Origin: the human T2T-CHM13v2.0 reference genome, Homo sapiens
Assembly (NCBI RefSeq): GCF_009914755.1
Contig: NC_060926.1
Direction: 5' to 3' (one strand)
Length of the DNA stretch: 64,000 bases
In this document: positions 56,874-64,000 of the stretch, in pieces
Layout of the letters: each line of letters opens with the position of its first letter
How positions within the stretch are numbered: the stretch's first letter is position 1
Notes under the pieces: model-generated
Database searches by the model: none
What the model saw: the letters and a program-made list of their open reading frames with translations, nothing else
What the model was told of the DNA's origin: nothing
Translations under genes and position numbers: made by a program

Positions 56874-59767
56874 TCACATGTAGTAGGATTTTAAAATTAA
56901 TGGAGGCTTTTACTGTAATTATTATTATTTTAAAAATTGAAGTTAGACATACCAGCTTTAATCGCAGAATAGCATATTAAACAGAATGGTTTTATATTCT
57001 TAGGCTGTCACTTTTCCTTCTCCTTGTAACTCTCATACATTTGTCAAACAGAGTACTGATACCCGCAGAGAGAGAGGAGGATGACTTTCCCTGAGAAAAG
57101 CTGTTAGGATTGCAGCATTGTGGGAACATGGTGTTGGGTTAGTTGTAAAATCTTGAAGAAAGAGAGCAGTGTTTCTGGTTCTCCTGAGAATTTTGCCCCC
57201 TCTTTCCCTCCTGAATTTCTTTCTGGGTCCTTTCTTGTTTGTTCTGGTCTGTACTCTGGCTCTTCATGCATGGTCTCCCCTCCTTTTTGTGTTCTTCTTT
57301 CTGTTTTTCTGGGCTCATTGATTCCCACCTACTATATGGCTTTTTTTTTTTTTTTTTGAAACAGTTCTTACTAGTTTTCCAATTGATGCTGCCTCCTCTT
57401 AGGTTCTTGACTCTCCTTCTGAAATATGCAGGACATCTCAGAGTTAAGCTTCCATTCTGAGTTTGGCCTTCAGCTGTTCCTGTTTATGCTTTTTTTTCTT
57501 GTTTACTCACCTTCTGGTGATTTGCAGTTCTCTTTCCCCTATATTGTTGCACGCTGACACCCATCTTCATACCAGTTTTCTTCATGCTTCTCCCTGTAGC
57601 TCACTGTCCTTGCCCCCAACACATTTCACTGTTCTTTGCCCTCTGTCTTCTGCTGGCAGGATTTTTCTCATTTTTTATACAGTCTTTAACCACATTTGTC
57701 TCCATGTGGCTAATTCCATTTACCCCGTGTTTAGAATGGTTTTTATTGCCACAGAGTTGTAAGGATTTTAACCCCAGTCAGTCTTCTGTATTAAGACATA
57801 ATAACTCTGGACATCCACGGGTGGCCACGCCTAGGGAAACCATCAGTGTATATAGCTGATGTCACCAAGGAATCAGCTGTGGAGCTGGAGTAACTCTACC
57901 CAGTTCATGCTTTAATTAAGTAGTACTCATTTTCCCCTTTTCTTTATCTCTCTCAGATTTTGTTGACAGAAGTCTATACTGGAAGGATTGCTAAGTTAAT
58001 GCTGTCTTCAGGGTACCTCATACTCTGATTTTTCTGCCCATTAGCTACAGTTCTGTATTAACCACTGTGTCCAACATATAGTGATACAAAGATACAGTGG
58101 TAGACAGCAATGAATGCTTCCTGTATTCTTTTCTTACACCAAACTTTCTTTAAACTGGGTTAGACGGCATATTTCATCCATTTTATATCCCTGTTCTAAT
58201 GTTACCCAAGTGTTCTAAAAGGATGAGAAAATTATGGACGTAAAGTCCTTCTTCCTTTGTGATTGCTGTCCACCGTCTACCCGATGTAAATTCTACTGTT
58301 TTTTTGAGAAATAGCTTTCAAAAGATGATCAGTGTCCTTCTGCCAGCAGAACTTGATTCTTGACTTTAGGAAATACGTTGTAGATCATTGATTCCGAGAT
58401 GTTAGTCTGTGGACACAATGCTTAGGAATCCTTTTGGAATCTTTTAACTGATGGCTCCAACCTCAAAGTTTCTGGTCTGGGGAGTGACTCAGGTATTTGT
58501 ATCTTCAATAAACTCCCCAAAATGATCTTTGTGGACATTGGGTCTTAGAACTATCTCTGTGTTAAAGCATTTCACTGTACTGTGTAGAATCTTCCATGTT
58601 CCTCATTAAACGTAGAATAAAGTAACAGCTACTTTGAATGACTTCAAGGGCTTTTCTCTGAGCTGACCCTAACCTATTTTTCCATTCTTTTTCACTTTTA
58701 ATACTAGCCTCAGAAAATAACTCATTATTCTCTAACACTTCCCTACTTTTGTTCATATCATTCCTTCACTCTGGAATGTTGTCTTCTCTGTCCTACCTTA
58801 TGAATATCAAGTATCCTACTTTTTCTTCTTGTCCAGTCTACTGTAACAGGTTTTTTCTTCCTCTGTAAGTTTGATATATGTCCGCTGTTGTGTATACCTA
58901 AATTTCTCCACTTTATTTCCCATGTGTATGTGTTATAGAACCTGACATAAACAAATGCAAATAGTTGATACGTAAATATTTGTTGAATTGAAAAAAAGTA
59001 AGTTTTAATGGAAATACCAGACAATAGAAGTGATTCTTAAAAGCAGTGAAGTGGAAAGAGTGAACTAATTTTCTAACTCACATTTTTAAAGACCGAAGAA
59101 TACCTCATTCATTCAACAAAAATTTATTCCATACCTATTGTGGCATGCATGCCTAGTGTTGAGCATTGCCTGCAGGTTGAGATGTAGGAACCAGTTTTTG
59201 ACGTGTACCATTTCAACCTTTCAGTGGGACAGAAACAAAAAGCATGCAGTCTGTTAAAAGCAGATAACCCCAGAAGAAAGGCTCCTAAATTGGGGACACA
59301 TAGGACAGAGTGTTGCCAGGAAGATTTACCAGAAGTGGTGATTCTTGAGATGAGTCTCAAAAAATAGGATAGGTGATAGGTAAGAGTGTCTTGACCAAGG
59401 CTAGGGCCATGGTCCTCATGAGCTGGGCATGGAGAAACAGGAAGAAGTAAAAGTGGCTAGTATGGCAAATGTAGGTGACAGATTAATCTCTTCCCTCCAT
59501 CCCTCCAAAAGAACCAACAACTGTAATTTCCACCTTTGTAGGTTAAACAGAGGGAACTGACAAATCAACCAGTTTGGAACTCCGGTTGAAATGTCAAATT
59601 AACAGGTTCAAGAGACCCAGCATTTCGTCATGGATTCTGCTCCTTTTCTTATCTCATTGTCTGTCCTTGTCTTCTAGGTACCAGACATCTGTCCTGTCTG
59701 CCTTCATTTTATCAAAGACCTCCCTTTACCCCCTTGCTGCCACCACTCCTGTTAATTAAGTGATTAA

Positions 59768-60265
<498 letters not shown>

Positions 60266-61711
60266 TAAAATTTTTATGTTTAGTTTCTTGCCAACTAGAG
60301 TAGGTCCCTCCCTTCCCAGCTGTGAGAGTGCTCACTTGGCCAGTGCTTGCATGGTTTCTCTGCTTGCGGTTCAGTGCTTAGGCCTGGGGTCCAGTCTGGC
60401 TCCAGGTGGAGTTGGCTGGAGCTTTGTGTTGTGTCACCAAGCTTACAGCAAATAGATCGGCATTGCGATGGGATGCTTTTCTTGTTCCCGAGGGTCACGT
60501 TGTTGCTGCCCATTTTACTTCCTTACGGATGTGTTCATGGTATATTTCACTGGGGTGTATTGAGCATCTGCTGTGAGCATCACCATCAGTGTGTTTCTGT
60601 ATAATTCTCCTGCCCAAGAACCCCCGCTCAGGGGATTTTTACTGCTCTACTCTATTACAAGCGGTGTGGTAGCATGGGCCACATGCATAGTCAGATGACT
60701 TTGCTTTAAGTAGCATGCATAACACAAGCATGCTGTTGTGCTAAATAATGAAGGTTCTTTTCTGTTCCCAGTAACTTTGTTTTATGTCTTTGCACATACT
60801 TTGCCCACCTTCCTGGAATGTTCTCCGTTTTCCTTCTGTCCAGCGAGGTGCAGTTCAAACATCGTCACCATCTTTACTAAACCATCTTCTCTGAGGCTGC
60901 TAGCTCACATTGATCCTTCTCTTTTGTGGGTCCTTATAATAACTTTATAGAACAACACTTGGTTAAGTGGCATCCTATTACTTTTTGGTTCAAATTTCAA
61001 GGTCAGAGAAGAAACCAAGAAGAGCAGGTTCAAGGCAGTAAAAGAATTGGTCAAAGTCTGGAGGCCTTTCTGCCTGTACTGGTATTCATAGTTAAGTCAT
61101 CATTGATGTTCAGAATAACCTTTTTCCTTCTGATATACTTAGTTATAAAAGTAATTAGGCTTTGTACATTAAGCTATGCACTTGTAACACAGTTAATTAA
61201 AGTTTGAAAACAAGACTTTTTTTCCTTAACTCAATTGACATGGAAGCGCTGTTCAGGAAAAAAATTATTTGCATATTGGATCATTTTCCCATGACTTGAC
61301 TTAGTAATAATAGCTAATGTTCATGGAACATTTGCCAGATACCTTGGATCATCTCATGTTTTCCTCATCACCCACATTTTGCAGATGGAAACAGCAGAGC
61401 ACCTTCCCTTCCTTTGTCTTCAAGTCACAGTGACCTCTTCATTTTCTTTTTGGGTTTACCTTCCAGATACCATTAGCCTCTTGTCAATAATTAGTAATTT
61501 GTAGTGTAAAATTACAAACATAGCAGAGTACCTATTTTAAGGATTCTGAAGATTATTTAAGCTGGAATTTCCCTTTGAAGCTAGCATAATCTATTAAAAT
61601 AGCTTTGATGGTCTAGCATACAGAAGAGCTTATATGTGTAGACTGACAAATTTGTACGGAACCATATTTTAATTGCCCAGGCACTTAAAAACCAGGAAAC
61701 TGATTTTCATC

Positions 61712-62008
61712 TTTTTTTTTTTTTGGAGACAGAGTCTTGCTGCTCTGTCACCCAGGCTGGAGTACAGTGGTGCGTTCTTGGCTCACTGCAGCCTCCGCCT
61801 CCCAGGTTCAAGTGATTGTCCTGCCTCAGCCTGTTGAGTAGCTGGGATTATAGGCATGTACCACCACACCCGGCTGGTTTTTGTATTTTTAATAGAGACA
61901 GGCTTTCACCATGTTGGTCAGGCTGGTCTTGAACCCCTGATCTCGTGATCTGCCCGCCTCAGTCTCCCAAAGTGCTGGGATTACAGGCGGGAGCCACCAC
62001 ACCCAGCC
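61712..62008 (-). mobile_element. AluSg-like, antisense
   Basis: Full Alu; TSD tgattttcatctt at 61701-61713 and 62009-62021. Confidence 0.95.
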
Positions 62009-62850
62009 TGATTTTCATCTTGTATATCTTTGAAAAAAATAGAGGTGTGTGTGTCTAGACTGCTTTTAAATCTCTTCAACCTGTCTGGTTTTTTGATTGA
62101 TTTCTGGAGTGAAACTGCTCACTGAAAGTTGGATATTGACATTAAGTGAAGGGACCAATAAATGGCCTTTTGGGAAAACTGTCTAAAACCTGTAGAACTG
62201 AAAATGAGTTATTGATGTTGAAACTTTTGTTTGTTTGAAGTCTGGCCTAAGTAGAGCAAATTTTAGTCTCATTCTTTTGCTATATGGTTTAATTAGTTTT
62301 CCCTGGTTTTGCCAGGTTTGTTTGTGGGTACATTTGGCTTATTTTTCCTGTACCTAGTTAATGTTTCACTTTGTGTCCATCTCCCAGGCTTTTCTCTCTG
62401 CTGCACTCTCCGTGGATCCCTAATTGCAAAAAATCACCAAGTAAATTCTCTTGGTTGCCTTAGTTTCAGCAGTTACATATCTTTTTGAATTTTGCCATCA
62501 AAGTGGATTTTGGTGAATTTGCTAGTGCCCTCGGGTTCTTTTCTCATGTATCAGGGGCTCTGGATCCCCTCTCGTGGTCCTGCACGTCCTCAGCAGTACA
62601 TCCCCATACAAGGTTGGCTCGAATGCCGTGGAATCAGCTTTTCTGTGGGGAGTAAGGCTGACCAGGGAATAGATGCTGTCACTATGAGAATGTGGTGTCT
62701 TGCCCCTCCTCCCCAAATCCTCTATACAAGTTGCTGTTTTCACAGGGAACTTGTTTATTTTCTGCCAAGGTGCTCCTGCAGATGCTTGTCTGAACAGGCG
62801 TGTGTCAGGACTTGTGAACTGTCCCATTTATCTTGTCCTTTTCTTCATAG

Positions 62851-62923
62851 ATGAAACTGAGTATGAGTACAGTGGGAGTGAGGAAGAAGAGGAGGAAGTG
62901 CCTGAACAGGAAGGAGAGCCAAG
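62851..62923 (+). CDS. MAP4K4: MAP4K4 exon 11 (73 nt): (D)ETEYEYSGSEEEEEEVPEQEGEP(S), acidic linker
   Basis: ttcttcatag acceptor and AAG|gtaacc donor; frame continues from exon 10. Confidence 0.95.
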
Positions 62924-64000
62924 GTAACCACAAAGCCACTGTTCAGTATCCTGCTTTATGAAGGGATTAAGTTTTATGTTGTGCCAGGACTGCAGAAGAC
63001 TCCTGTGTGGTACAAAGAATCTTAAATTACTTAGACAGCATCTTACTATCTCCATTCTTCTCTATTCTTGACAGATTCCTGTAAACATTTTTCTTCCCTG
63101 GATCCTCTTACCCAGTGATTCTTTACCAAGGGTTGTATTGTGTCCCCTTCTCCAGTCACTGAAAAATGTGTGGGCCTGGGCAGGGGAGAGTGCCCCAGCA
63201 TTTATTGTTCCAGAAGCCACGGATGGTGAAGGTGCCATTGAACACCATTTCTTGTGGTATATAGAACATGGCTACACAAAAAGAATTGTCCCGCCCATGG
63301 ACCAGCAGGACTGTGTTGTGTCCTGATTTATTTTACAGTCTGTGTTTTAGTTTATCTCTGGCTCCCCAAAGTTCAGTAAAGCAGAAGGTTAAGGAGTCAG
63401 ATGGGTTACATGAACCTCATAATAACTGATGAATCAGAGAATAGAGGATTTTTGGATTGTGATGTTGGGTGTGCCTGGCAGTTGTCCATGCTGCAGTATG
63501 TGGCTGATGAAGTGAACAAAGGGAGGGTGGAAGGGCATCTCAAGTGACCTGTGGGGAGCTGTGTGCCAGAGAATGGGACTTGGAACAGAGAGAAGAGAAT
63601 TTATTGAAGCTACTGCATAATCTCTCTTTCTTCTTATGTAGGAGAGATTTTAATCCATTTTAGACTAAGAATTTCAGAGGAATTTGAACTGATTTCATAA
63701 GCAATGTAATTGTTTTTGAATAGGAGGAGCACTGTATGACGAAAAAGGCAATTTAAGGAGATATGTTTGCCATGCTGCTCTGGATGCTGTGGCAGTGGAG
63801 AAGTAACTCGGTGGGGAGGTCAGCTAGGAAGGGTGTGTTTAATTGATCTGTGTAGTGGCTAATTCGTAGGACCCGCTTGGGCTCAGCTGCTGACCTGGAA
63901 ATAAGAAAGTGGGAGGGAATTATGACAGGGCTTGGTGGTTGACCAGACAAAGACAAAGGAATGGTGTAAACACTGAAGAGTGGTCTGATGGTTCTGTTTG

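Overview
This is primate (most likely human) genomic DNA from inside the + strand gene MAP4K4 (HGK/NIK, a Ste20/GCK-IV kinase). Nine coding exons (canonical exons 3-11, about aa 42-341) splice at GT-AG sites into one 899-nt open frame. That frame covers most of the kinase domain ([23 protein letters not shown]) and the acidic linker after it. The rest is intron carrying about 15 Alus, two MaLR solo LTRs, a MER21-like LTR, a Tigger3-like transposon, L1/L2/MIR/MER5 remnants and microsatellites. Nearly all entries in the ORF track are spurious or Alu-derived. I see no clear new self-contained genetic system. The best leads are: (1) a candidate alternative exon at 17484-17603 that would give either a kinase-dead isoform or a poison exon; (2) a 101-bp templated insertion and two hairpins just upstream of exon 3; (3) a MaLR LTR with an unusually long flanking duplication of about 15 bp; (4) candidate CTCF, G4 and Alu-pairing regulatory elements. 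Repeat subfamily names and exon numbers come from memory and were not checked against a database.
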